This document shows positions 49,082-61,693 of a stretch of DNA of 64,000 bases, in pieces. The first letter of the stretch is position 1, and each line of letters begins with the position of its first letter. This stretch comes from Dudresnaya verticillata (Eukaryota): positions 868,001 to 932,000 of the forward strand of contig OZ374559.1 of the NCBI GenBank assembly GCA_977862235.1, in the 5' to 3' direction. A program made the translations under genes and the position numbers. Under the pieces are notes generated by a model. It did not search any database. It was not told the DNA's origin and was given only the letters and a program-made list of their open reading frames with translations.

Positions 49082-49747
49082 ATGACGCCCGCCAATCCCG
49101 GGCAAGTCTCGGCTAATGCTAGTGCTACAGCATCTGGCTCTACTGCCAACGCTTCTAGCCCTAGCCTTAATTCCGAGGTGAAAGAGGTTTTCCGATTCTC
49201 GAAGGCAGACACGAAAGCGGTAATATCAGCGTGGCTAGCTGTCCTTCGTGAGTTCGTGCTTTCCACTAAGAAGCCCGGCTTCTGTAGCGCAGACATCGCT
49301 GGCAACATTTGCATCAAGCTGAAGGGTATGTCAGGTGGTTCTGTCAAGCTGAAGAAAAGGAATGCCTCTCAAATCCAATCCAAGCTTCGTACTCTGCGCA
49401 TATCGTTCCAGAAGGCCACGACGGAGAGTAGTAGCAATACGGCAAAGTACTATCGACCCTACATTGAAGACATCCATGCGATCATCCAGCTGGAGAAGGT
49501 GGGCAGTGTTCCGGGCTCGCACAATGTCAGAGAAAACGGCAGCGATGGAAACGAGAAAGTTATCGAGACGAAGTTTTTCCAAGACCCGCTTGGTCATCCG
49601 ACTCCAGGTCAGAGTCCGTCAGAGTCTACAGTCGCCAGAAACAAGGATGCAGAAGAGGAAAACGAGATCAGTCCGAACACTGAGGCTTCTCCACTCATGG
49701 GGGAGGTTTGCCTTTCTTCCACTAAGGAAGTTTCTAAGTTTCTATAG
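49082..49747 (+). pseudogene. 3'-truncated second copy of the Myb/SANT-like ORF
   Basis: Nearly identical to 28527-29178, then a deletion junction into the LINE terminal motif. Confidence 0.6.
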
Positions 49748-50499
49748 CGCCTGCACATGGGCCTAAGCTGCTCGCGTGGGACCACTATAAACAAAAATTA
49801 AAGAACAACATCACAATGGACCTTTCCTGTGCAACGCACTCGATTCCGTTGATGTGAGTAAGACTTTCCGCGCCCGTTCCCGCTCTACTTTTCTCCCGCC
49901 GTATTATCTTGTTGAGATTCGGCCCAACCAGCAACAGACACACCTACGCGTGGTTATGTTTCTCCAACCAAGTGCAGTTCAAAATCCCCGAGATTGGCGT
50001 CGGTGCTGCTCTCGCGAGACTAGCACCTGCTTATCCAAAAGACTGCAGCAACCGAGAGAAAGATAGGAGCAAGAAACAGAAAGGCAACCGATTTTATTCT
50101 ATCGTCCTAACCATGTGCCCTGCGGCCAGCTTGCGTATCTTGTAAATCCATTATAGTCGAGGTTGCCTAGCTATCGTGAATGTGCCTTGCGGATGAACTT
50201 GTTCGGGAGGAAGGGTTAGGAGAGTAAACCTAGCGGCAACAACTGTGAGTTCGAAGCTAGAAATATTGTCATCAGCAGTGTACGCCAACCGCAGCGACGA
50301 AGTAGATGATGCGGCTTTCAGGGGCAAAAGAAGATTCAAGCGGTAGAAAGAAAGCGTAGTTTCCAGAGCTGTGGTTGGGAACAAAATTGTTGTCGGTGTG
50401 AGGTGGCGGGGGGGGGGGGGGGGGGGCATGCCTGAAGCAGTGATTTGTCACAAAACATTGTTCGGTTCTGCCGGGAGTGAGGTAAAAAAGGATGCGTTT

Positions 50500-50582
50500 A
50501 GCTCGTGCCGGGAATTGAACCCGGATCTCCTCGGTGACAGCGAGATATACAGAGGCCGTCTTGACCATTATACTACACGAAC
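50500..50582 (-). tRNA. tRNA-Asp(GTC) copy 2 with an 11-nt D-loop insert (50551-50561)
   Basis: Body identical to 31467-31549, with one difference inside the insert. T6 terminator downstream. Confidence 0.8.
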
Positions 50583-50880
50583 GTTTGTTGCTTCCTGGTA
50601 GAAGCTTGAGGAGTTCGTATGTTTAGAACCCACGTCTCCAACAATTTGTCAGCACAATGACATAGTGATCTTCCCTCATGCCACCGAACGCCATCAGCAC
50701 CGCAGCCGCAAACAGAACCTAAGCGCGTACGTTCGAGCCCATCGGAACCCCTTTTAGACAGAAAATAAACGATTACCGATAGTGATGATGAGCAATCGGA
50801 CGGACAAACGCTTTCGTCTCGGAATGGAAGTCGACTCCGCCGGACCGCAACGCCAGCCCACGTCGAGGGTACTCAATATC

Positions 50881-51893
50881 ATGACTGCGAAGGAAGCGCT
50901 GTCGATCCTCAACAACCGTCAGGAAGCGCTACCCGGAAAAAGCGCACAGGCCAAAGCCCTCACGAGTGAAATCGGACAACTAGTCGCCCACCCTCTCACT
51001 GGGTACCCTGCTCCGCGCCCCCCAACGGTAACGGCCCTGGCCATACCGCCGTCAGCAACACTAGCTTTCCAGACCGATGCTGCCGCTCAGAAGGCCATCT
51101 GCCAAGGAGCGACCCTTGCCCGCACCGCACTCCCCGCCCATGCCATAGTCCCTGGAGCCGGGCAATGGACCTTCATATTCTTCGACGCCGCTGACCGTGA
51201 TCGCATGGCAAAGACGATTTCTCACATCGCACTGATCTTTGCGTATGGATATTTTCGTTGATGATCATGGCTTTGCCCCTCACCCCCATGGATTTGATGT
51301 CTCGGTCGTCAGTCCCCATTCTATTCATGGCTCCACTGGTCACGTTGCTGGCCAAGCAATTGCAGCCCGCGAACGTGTCAAGCGCTCTCATTACCGCCGC
51401 GTATGCGCTAGTTTGGATATGGTTCTCCATCCTATGGTTGTAGATGTCTATGGCCGTGTTGGAGCTGGCTTTGAAATTGGCGCCCATCGTATTGCTAATT
51501 TCATTGCCAGCAAGCGCTGGACCTCTCCGTCTACGGAGAAACTTCGCCTCACTACTCGTTTACTCTCTTTAGTTCTCCACTGCGTCCCGGTGAGTTTCAA
51601 CCGCCTCAAGCTTGCTCCTCCGCCTCTTTACGGTAGCTCTGCATCCTAAGCTCCCTTAAGGGGCTTCTCTCTCTTGTTCTTTAGTAATGGTCTCTCTCTC
51701 TGATCTTTGATGAAATTCAAATAACAAACTCCTTTCCCGCCGAGATCTGCCAAGAGCTTCCCCGGAACGTCGCAGCTGGTTTCGCCCGCAGGCTCCACGT
51801 TGAAGCCGCCACTCTCCGCCGTTCGTCAACAAAGCCCACCATAAGCCCTACAATCAGGAAGGCATTTGCAACAGCCCTCCTAGAGCAGGGCAG
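50881..51893 (+). pseudogene. Unknown ORF (possibly retroelement ORF1), interrupted by a CRE stub and a LINE
   Basis: The frame MTAKEAL...IALIF|DEIQIT...LLEQG stays open once 51242-51699 is removed. Confidence 0.45.
51242..51699 (+). mobile_element. CRE-like 3' stub (REL domain)
   Basis: RMDIFVDD..FDVSVV..KRSHY..PMVVDVYG, hairpin GCTCCCTTAAGGGGC and a (TC)n tail. TSD CTGATCTTTG (51232-51241 / 51700-51709). Confidence 0.88.
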
Positions 51894-53371
51894 GTGATGT
51901 TGTTCTTTAATTGTTGTTTATAGTGGTCCTACGCAGGCAGCTTAGGCCCATGTGCAGGCGCACTTGAGGGTCCGCAAAAAAGGGGGTTCGTGGACTTATG
52001 TATATATGTCTTGTTGCGTGCTTTGGGACTATGGGCTATCTTTCACGAGGGCACAGTATGGCGGTGGGGGACGGGGGGTGGATGATCTTGTGCGCATAGT
52101 CGGCGGATTTTGTCAATGGCGGTGTAGATAGCGGTAAGGTCTGAGGGGCTGTTCGCGGGGTGCGACAATTTTTGAAGGACTGCGGGTTGTTCACGAAGTT
52201 GTGAACTTGTGACTGCGCAAGAGGGTGGAATTGGGAAGGTGCCAAGATGCCACCGAACCGCAAGCTTACGGTCGCGGTGGCTAGAAAGCCTGAGCGCGGG
52301 GGGTAGGGACGATGTATTTTGGACCGGAGCAGACCGCCGGCCGGCGACGGCCGACTTCCATGCGGCAAGGATCCGCGCCTGGATGACAGGATGTGGCGTG
52401 GGTGTTAGGGTTTGTTCCATCTCCGGAAGACTCCGTAAGGCACGCATAGTTTCCTTGGCATGCCACGCTGATGGAAGATGGCTTCTGGAGAGTTTGGAGA
52501 ATGCAATGATCCACTTGGTTTGTATTGCTGCTTGTCTGAGCAACGGGGGAGGGAATCTGAATAATGCTCGGAGTCTGGCGATTCTCCGCGTTGAGAGTCG
52601 GGACGACTGCTGCGCAATACAGATGCGGAAGAATTGGGAGTGGAGGTGATCGATTGCACTGAGGTTCGGAGGGTCGAGAGGTACGAGGGCAATACAGTGC
52701 TCATAGACTGGGCGGACGAAGGAGTTGCACACGAATTGGGCTGCATGGGCGGGCATGGATGATGACAGGGATCCAGTGTGCACCAGTGATGTTACCATAG
52801 CTCGGGCTTCAGTTAGCCTTTGCAGTGTTATTTTGTTACCCACTCCGGTTGCTGAGATGTCAACGCAAGGGTGCCGCGTTGATTGTTGATGCGGTATCCG
52901 TTTCTTATCAATGTGTAACAAGGTTGTCGTCGCCCTTCCCCTGTGTCGCGTGGGTAGTATGATCGAGCATTTCGGCACCGCCCACTGCATTCCGAATGAA
53001 TTGGCCCATTCGTCGCACACAGCAAGGGCAAGTCGGAGCTCAGTTGGGGAGGACACATGCAGGAGACAGTCATACGCGAAGAGGCGGCTCGGCAGGTTTG
53101 CATCCGATCTGTTGAGTTGGATGCAGAGTTTGTACGCGAGGACGTCTATGAAGACGTTGAACAGTATTGGGCTTAAGGGTGAGCCCTGTCCCACGCCCGT
53201 ACGGATTTCGCCGTAGGTACCAGCAACGTCCCCAACCGTGCTAATGCGTAACGGTCCGAGCAGCGTGGTGATCATCGCAACTAGATGGGGGGTAGCCGAT
53301 ACGCGCACAGATTCAGGAGCTTCGTCCTATCCACCCGGCCATAGGCGCTTTTGAGGTCTAAGACTGCTGTG
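51894..53371 (-). mobile_element. LINE (RWHLGTFP family), RT to 3' end; interrupted at 53372 by the gypsy element
   Basis: AVLDLKSAY at the LTR junction, then GVGQGSPLSP, FAYD (degenerate FADD) and VRWHLGTFPIPP. Terminal motif at 51894-51962. Confidence 0.88.
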
Positions 53372-54270
53372 TGTAGTGCTAGGGGGAGTCCCCCGTTTTC
53401 GCTTTCAAGCGTTGATATGCAGCGTCTACCAACGGACGACCGCCAACGGCGCGCTCAACCCGCCCGCGGCGCAAACACGTCACCGACGCATGCCGCTGGC
53501 CACTTGGGCCAAAACGGCTCGCTGAGCGTGCAGACCGCACGCCTGAACCCGGCCACTGTACGGCGCCACGCGTGCGCGCGTGGCGCAGTGGCGGGAACGT
53601 TCGCTGTAAGCGTGGCCCGAATCCGGATCCCACATCGGGATCCCACATCGGGATTAAGGGGTGTAAGGCACGCGCCTGTAAGCCTGGCGCATCCGCATCG
53701 CTGGCCCGAATCCGGACTGGATCGGGATCGGTACGGATCGAGATCGCTCGCGCCATGAGGCGCGCGCGCGGCTGTAAGGAAAGGATCCACGTGTAGGTGT
53801 GAGGACTCGCGCGGGGAACTACGCGTGATCTGTCAGGAGCGCGGCTGCATGACGGACGGATCTGTCAGACGCGCCTCGGGACAACACGTGTCCCGAGTTC
53901 CCGCGTTACGCGTACATCCGCGTCGCCGCCGCTAGGTAATCCTGTACTTAGTTGATCCGTCTCAGACGTCACAGTAAACCCCGGTAAGCCGGCCTTGGTC
54001 CAGACTTCCCCGTTCAGCACGCGCGTACCCTACCGCTGCCTACGGCTAAGCGTCTACCTCCGTGCTTCCACGTCTCTACCCGTCCTCGACGTGTTCCTTT
54101 TCTGTTTCCTTTTGTTCTTCTTTTCCGCCAAGGGCGTTTACAGTCCGCCCAAGGCGAATCAACCGCTCTACCACCAGACGCCCACGGCGAGGCCACTCAT
54201 CGCCGCAGGCGTCGCTACCACCGAGCCCCGAACTACTCGGCAGTGTCCGTCAAAGACGTTTTGCACTACA
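53372..54270 (+). repeat. 5' LTR
   Basis: TGTAGTGC...GCACTACA termini. Homologous to the solo LTR at 33811-34705. Confidence 0.93.
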
Positions 54271-54272
54271 AC

Positions 54273-54286
54273 TGGTCTCCCGACCT
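54273..54286 (+). promoter_or_regulatory. Primer binding site TGGTCTCCCGACCT
   Basis: TGG begins 2 nt after the LTR end, complementary to a tRNA 3' end ...CGGGAGACCA. Confidence 0.75.
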
Positions 54287-54397
54287 AGAAGTGTGCTACG
54301 TTTCAACGAGTTACTCCGTCGTGCGACGTCCGACTTTCCGTCTCTAGACGTCCGTCGCTAATCGTCCACGACGTTCAGGCAACTCTACGACTGCATT

Positions 54398-56955
54398 ATG
54401 GCCTCACGACCGCCGCCGTCGCGAGGCCCCATTTCAAGAAGACCGTCATCGACGCCGGGGAGTGTCCCCGCGTCGGAGCGGTCACTACAGCGGATGACAA
54501 CGAGGTCTGGGCGCCTCGTGAGCCCCGAGATCGCATCGGCCTTCCCGACCGGTCCAGGCCACGACCACTCCCATATATCGCTTAACAGGGGAGAAATACC
54601 TCCCCCGCCGATACCCGTCGTCGTCCGCACCACCGTTCCCAACGAATCGGCCCTCCGAACCTACCACTCGCACGTGGATTCCGCTGACACGGTACAAGCC
54701 GAACAGCGACCCGTCAAGGACGGAGCCCAAGCCGACATCGTCGAAGGACAGCCGGAAGTTCCGGTCCATCAACCAACCATACCCGTCGAAGACGACCAAA
54801 GACGCCCTGTGGGGCGCAACGTCGTAGACGAATCACCAATCCCAAGGGGCTGTTGTCCCTCACCCCCCGGCAGTGCCAGATGTTCACCGGCCAGGCCGTT
54901 AGCGCAACCGCGCAGCACGGGAGGTCCGCCGCAGGCGTCGACCCCCGCGCACACACCGCCAATGGCGTCCCCAGCGTCCGCCCGCGTTGGCAATCTCACG
55001 ATACCTCGCGAGCGGATTCGGGAAGTATGCATCGCCGAAGACGGTAACTTACTCGCTCGATTCGCGGAGATGCTAGACGACAATGTCGGAGGTATCTTCA
55101 GCCGTCTACAGACGTTGGAAGAAGATCGGGACGGTGCCCTTCAAGGACTCCGTTCCGACCTCGACCGTCTGATGACGAACCCCAACCAAGGGGTAGATGC
55201 TCAGCAGCCAACGGCATTGACGGTCTAGTCCCAGTCGGAATTGAATTCACGCGAACGTTTTCAACGATTGGCAACCCGCTTAGAGCGACTGGAAACCGCC
55301 AAATGGCGCCAAGGGCCGCCGTCCGACGACGATAGTTCCGAAGAAGACCGTCGACGACGCAAAGATCGCAAGAGACGGGGCAAGAAACGCCGCAAGTCGC
55401 GTCATGGACGGAAGAAGAACCGTCGCCGACGAGGGGACTCATCCTCATCTTCTTCAGACACTTCTAGTGACGGCGGGTCAACAGACTCTTCGTCGTCAGA
55501 CGATGACGACTACGTGGCTCACGGCAGTGCAATGAGACCCCGCGGAAAGCGATACAAGGGACTGAAGGAGCTGAGCCCCTCCAATCCTCTCTTCGACCAG
55601 TTACTATCGTACCGCACATACCGTCTCCAAGACGTAGGACAGAAGCGCTCCGGTCGCGAAACCGGGAAGGTCAAAGACCATATCAAGCGACTCGAGTTAA
55701 CGATGAAGGATGCCCCCTTCAACGGCAGCGACCCCGTCATGGTCCTCGAATTCTTAACGCGGTTCGCGGATGAAGCGGACACGCTAGAGATGAGCGAAGC
55801 ACAAGCGTTCGTCGCGCTGCCGTACTTCTTAAGGGGCACGGCAGCTACGCAATTCCGCTCCGTCAAATCGACATCCTCTCGCCACCGCGGCGGCGTATCA
55901 TCGTACCCGGAGGCGGTGCACTACCTACTCCATACGTACGCCACGCCTTCGGCGATTCGAGACGCTGTCCTCGCCCTGTGGTCGACTAGTCAGAAGCAGG
56001 GGAAGACGAGACGACTTACGGCATGAGACTCGCCATCGCGTGTATTCGTTGCGGTAACGTTTATCCCGAATGGGAAAAGATGACACTGTTCATCGATGGG
56101 TTAGACCCGACGATCAGGTCCTTAGTGGCCCGCTTCCGCGAAGAAACGCCGAGGGCGGAGTTATCTTTTGAACGTTTAGTCCACTTCGCGCAGGACGAAG
56201 GTGACGCGCAACGCGCAACACACGGCAGAGCCGGCTCGACGTCAGTCAGACGGGATATATTGGCCCCGGCCCAAGCCGCTCGCGCATTGCGCCCCGCCAT
56301 TGGCGGCAGCAGAACGGTTCTACGTCCACAGACGAGGGGCACGAAGCCTGCCGCGCGCGCTATGATAGCGGAGTCCTCCGTTGAGTTCCGTGATGTCACC
56401 CGTCATGCGGACGATATGGAAACACACGCAGATGGCGATCTCTATTTGGCTGATGAACAAGCATCAGTGCCAACTTCAGCGTTACCAACGGACAGCTACG
56501 TCGAAGACGAGGACACAGAGGCAATGGATCCTACACTCGCCTTTGGGCGTTCCGTCGTGCCCGCGCCACGCGTCCCGTACTCGGAGTATGCCCCCCACGT
56601 CCATCGGGCGAGGCCAGGTTGTCAAGACAGGGGTCCGCTCCGTCAAGACGCTCGCAGACAGTTGATCTGTCATCAGTGTTATGCCCGTGGCCACATCGCA
56701 CCGGACTGCTTCCTCCGCATGAGCGAGTATATGAAAGCGATCGCCAACTACGAAGGCTTAACGGACGCCGAGAAGGCGGGGGTCCCCGCCGATGCGTACA
56801 CTCGGTACAAGGAACGCGCTGCGCACGAAGCAGCACGCCGTGCAGCGCGCCCGCCGTCGCCACGAGGCGGACCTATGCCGCATGCAGCGGAGCGTCATCC
56901 GACGGTGGTCAATCGCTACACAGCGCCGCGACAACCGCCACAGGCGAAAAACTAA
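54398..56955 (+). pseudogene. gag: gag (in-frame TAG at 55226-55228; frameshift near 56000)
   Basis: FNGSDP..EFL capsid-like region, FIDGL, and zinc knuckle CHQCYARGHIAPDC. Ends in GAAAAACTAA. Confidence 0.85.
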
Positions 56956-57016
56956 TGAGGGTACCAACTCCTGACACTGGGTTGTCGCACCAAGCAGAGA
57001 GGCTCCCGCCTCGGGT

Positions 57017-60000
57017 GTGACACGGAAGGAGGGCCCGAACTTAGTTAACAAATACGCCGATGGGCGGGTAGACTCGTCACAGACGTCCTTGAAGCGCCCC
57101 TGGCGTAGGTACCAGCCCCCACAAGCCCGGGGACAGTTGTTCGTAATGGCCAAAAGGAACTACAAAGTATACGCCGATCTAGGCGTAACTGTAGGTACCT
57201 TGGCACGTAAACTCACTGTCTTCGACGCGGGGGCTGGTCCGAATTTCATCCGTATTGACGATATTCCGCTAGAAGCGCGATCACGGATCGTATCCAAGAG
57301 TCTCACCGTCATATCAGACGCTAACAACAAGGCGATTCAGACCCGGGGCACAATCGACTTAGTCGTACGTCTCGGACGAAGGGTCGTCAAGTTGGAGTTG
57401 ATCGTCTGCGAACGGCTCGCTGCGCCGGTTATACTCGGTTGCGACTTTTGCGACCGCTTCGTCGAAGCGATTTATCCGCGGAGTCGTGAGATTGAGCTGG
57501 ACGACGGGACCCGTGTCCCTATAACGCGCCGTCCGCTGCGCCGGCCTCCGTCGTACCCCCCGTTGGCAACGGAACAAGAGTACGGCACGGCCGAAGGGCG
57601 AACGTCGCCCAAAATACGCGTTGCGGAACGAACGATCATCCCGCCGCAGGCGCAAAAGTGGATCTCGGTAACGACCAAGCGAGCAGGGGTCATTACCATC
57701 CAACCATTCGGAACGTTATATGATCGGCAAGCTTTGGCCGTTACTAACGGAGTCGCTCAAGTAGAGCCGCTGAGAGTGTTCCGGATTCTCGTCGCGAATT
57801 TCTCCCCACGCCCGCAGGCGCTCGTCAAAGGACAAGTCGTCGCTACCGCGTTGCCACATCCCACAGCAGTGTTCCCCAGTCACATAAGTCTGGCCAATGT
57901 CCTAGGTATCACCGAGGAGCAGGCAAAGGAGGAGGAAGCGAATCGAGATTTCCGTTTTCAAACGAACGATGGGGTAACGGCGCAGCCGGATACATTCGCT
58001 AAGTCGATTGAAGCAACTGTAGCTAAACCTCCGTCAGTGGACGAGTTGGACCTGAGTCATCTCTCAGCCGAACATCAAGGACGGCTGAAGGAGATGCTGC
58101 GCAGGTACTCGTCGATGTGGGACGGTTCGTTGGGAGAAATCGCAACCACGGAGCACTATATTGACATGCTCCCCGGCTCCAGGCCGATTTCATCCCCGCT
58201 TTACCGCGCTGGCCCAAAGCAAAGGCAACTCGCTCAAGCGGAGGTTGATCGCATGTTGCGTCAGGGGGTTATTGAACCCTCGCAATCGCCATGGGCTTCA
58301 CCGGTCGTCTTTGCTCCCAAGAAGGACGGTACAATCCGCTTCTGCGTTGACTACCGTCGCTTGAACGCAGTAACGGTACGGGATACGTACCCCCTCCCGC
58401 GAATCGACGAATGTATTGACAGTCTAGGGGAATCGAACGTATTCACTATCCTAGATTGCAATAGTGGTTACTGGCAGGTGCCCATCAATCCGCGAGATCG
58501 CGACAAGACGGCGTTCACGTGCCATGCCGCATTATTCCGCTACAAGCGTATGCCCTTCGGACTTACTAACGCACCGGCCACGTTTCAACGGACCCTCGAT
58601 ATCCTGCTTGCTGGTTATAAGTGGCGCTCATGCCTCGTCTACCTTGACGATGTGATCATCTTCTCGAACGATATTGACAGTCACTTCCGTCATGTTGACG
58701 AGATCCTTTCGACCTTGCATCGGGCCGGGGTGACATTGAAGTTGACCAAGTGCGACTTCTTCACCCCGACCGTCAACTATTTAGGCCATGTGATACGTCC
58801 GGGACGATTGGAAGTAGACCGTACGGTCACAGCCGCGTTACGCGAAGCCAAGCATCCGCGGGACCAGAAGGAATTACGGAGCTTTCTCGGATTGTGCAAC
58901 GTCTACAGACGGTTTGTATCGCGATACGCGCACATCACCGCTCCCCTCAACAAGTTGTTGAGGAAAGAGCAAGAATTCCGGTTACAACCGTTCACCGAGG
59001 AGCAGGCTCGGACATTCCGCACGCTTGTCGAAGCGGTGACTCACCCGCCCATCCTGGCGTTGCCACAACAAGGACTCCCGTACTCCATTGATTGCGACGC
59101 GAGCGAATACCAAGTTGGCTGCGCACTCTTCCAAACGCAACCTGACGGCGAACGGAAGCCGCTTGGCTTCTGGTCACGCTCGTTAACCGCTCCGGAGCGC
59201 AACTACTCGGTATCCGAAAAGGAATGCCTCGCAGAAGTCTGGTCCATCACGACGTTGCGACCGTACCTTCAGATGGAGTCCTTCGTAGTCCATACGGACC
59301 ATTCGTTATTGAGGTGGCTAATGGAAATCAGCGACCCCTCGGGACGGTTAATGAGATGGCGTCTTCGCCTCTCTGAGTTCGACTTCGTCGTGAAGTATAA
59401 AAAGGGGTACCTGAATACTCAGGCAGATGCCCTCTCACGTCTACAGACGAACGGCGAAACGGTCGAACCGATCGACGATGATATCCCGTGTTACCACGGA
59501 AGGTGCGTCAAAGACGAGGATCACTCGTCAGAAGACGGCTACGCTCACGCCGAAAGCGATACGTCAAGCGCCAAGGGCGAAGTCGATTTCTCCGAACGAG
59601 ACTTCGAGGAGTTTGACCAGATGTTGGTTACCAACGCGCCACCGGCGGACGAAGTGCTCCTCCGTCAATTGACGCATGAAGAGTTGGTGCACGCTCAGAG
59701 CAGTGACCCCTACTGTTCCGAGATCCGGAAACATCTTGATGACGGGGACAACCTACCGTTTGCAACGGACGAACAAGGACTATTGGTTCGGACCGTCGAG
59801 GCCCGACCCCAAGTCGTTGTACCATCCGCGTTACGCGTTCGATTGCTCCATCTCCGGCATCATGCTAAATTAGCAGGACATCCCGGAGGACGGAAGCTAT
59901 ACCATACGCTTCGACGTGAGTATTATTGGCCGTCGATGTCGGTGGATTGTTACGCGACGGTCCGCAACTGCGTTACTTGCGTGAGGAACCGGGTACTGGT

Positions 60001-61693
60001 GCGAAAGAACGTGAAGGAGATGAAACTATTCCCAGCAACCGAGCCTCTCGAGTTTGTGTCCATCGATATACTCGGGGAGCTCATACGCACTAAGCGGGGG
60101 AATAAGTTCCTACTCGTCATCGTAGACCGCTTCTCGAAGCTGGTCCGGACGGTGCCCTTACGTAAGATTACGGCATTGGAAATCGCTCAAGCGTTTGTTC
60201 GACACTGGGTGCTGGTGTATGGCCCACCCAAGAAGCTGCTGTCCGACAATGGGCCGCAATTTGTAGCCAAGTTGTTCCAGGACGTCTGCCGCATCTTAGG
60301 GGTGGAGAATCTCTTCACTACTACGTACCATCCGCAGTGTAACGGCCAAGTGGAACGATTCAATCGAACCATCCTCGCCTCCCTGCGTCACTACGTAGCA
60401 GACCACCCCAGGGACTGGGATCTGTTCACCGATGCTCTGACGTTCGCGTACAATACGCAACTGCACTCGTCCACCAACCTTGCTCCATTCGAGCTGGTGC
60501 TATCTAAGCCCCCGCGGCCATTGTCGCTGGAAGCGGAGCCGTCGCTCGAAAGCGTGCCCACTGCCGGACAGTACTACACCAAATGGCGAACCTGGCTGTC
60601 CGCACTGATGGGAACCGCTAAAGCGTCGCTCGCGAAAACGCAGGCGCGTTAAAAACGGAACTTCGATACTCGTCTGAGGAAATCGAAGGAGAAAATCGCT
60701 GTGGGCGACTTTGCATTCGTGCGGAAGGAATATTTCACCCGCGGCGGGAGCACCGATCGCTCAGAGCGCAAGCACAAGCTCGCGCCTGTGGCGGATGGAC
60801 CGTATCGAGTCACTCACGTCGACGACGGGACAGTCACCGTCGACAAGGGACGCGGAGAACGCGAGCGTTTATCCCGGGACCGCGTGGTATGGGCGCCAAC
60901 CCCACCAGGGCACACCGCCCCCGCAACCGTGCAACCGCCGGGGCCACCTCACGGACCGGGGCCCACTACCCCCACGTCCACTGACGAAGGAGCAGGAACC
61001 CCAGACACGCGGCAGGCGGACCCGGCAGGAGGCACAGGGGCACCGCGAAGCACGGACGACTCGCAAGAGCGACTGAATGCAACGCCGCGCAGTCGCGGGT
61101 TAGCAGAGCTCTCGCCCTTCGCCGCTAACCCCGACGACGGTGTATCGCAATCCGTCTCCGACGAGGCGGAGGGTCCAGGCATCTGCACACGAATGGGGCA
61201 CGCAACCTCGGCTTCGCCGGCTACCAAGGTAGGTCCCGCTTCGAGCGCATCGACTGACGATGAGGAAGACCGCGCTAACGCGAAGGACGCCGCTAGAAGC
61301 GAGGAACCAGTACGCAAAAGCGACGAACCACAACCCGCTACGCAAGTGCTCGGGGCAACGACCCAGCGCCTTAGGCGATCGACTCGTCGAGTACGGTTTG
61401 AAGAACCGGTGCAGACGCCCATCACGCAACAAAGTGAACCGCCCCAGGCCTTAGCACGGCAGGAGCCCACTTCGACCGCTACAAGCGCGACGGAGTACGT
61501 TATCGAACGGGTTGAGTCGCACGCACACGCAGAAGACGGCGAGATCCTCTACCGCGTCAAGTGGTTTGGATACCCCGCTTCAGCGAATACCTGGGAATCA
61601 GTGCCCAGTCTACCGCGATCGCACGTTGTACGGTATCACCGTCAGAAGCACACGCGCCTGCCGCCAAACATCGACGACGCGCAACGCGGGTAA
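57017..61693 (+). pseudogene. pol: pol polyprotein (PR, RT, RNase H, IN, chromodomain) with an in-frame TAA at 60650-60652
   Basis: FDAGAG protease, RFCVDYRRLN, YLDD and DCDAS. HHCC integrase with SDNG and VERFN. Chromodomain YVIERV..YRVKWFGY..NTWE. Confidence 0.95.

Larger units (their letters stand above)
42363..50870 (+). repeat. Segmental duplication copy 2
   Basis: Partner of 16065-31837. Carries private inserts at 43351-44909, 46076-46376, 46720-47322 and 47736-48143, and lacks about 29179-30527. Confidence 0.92.
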
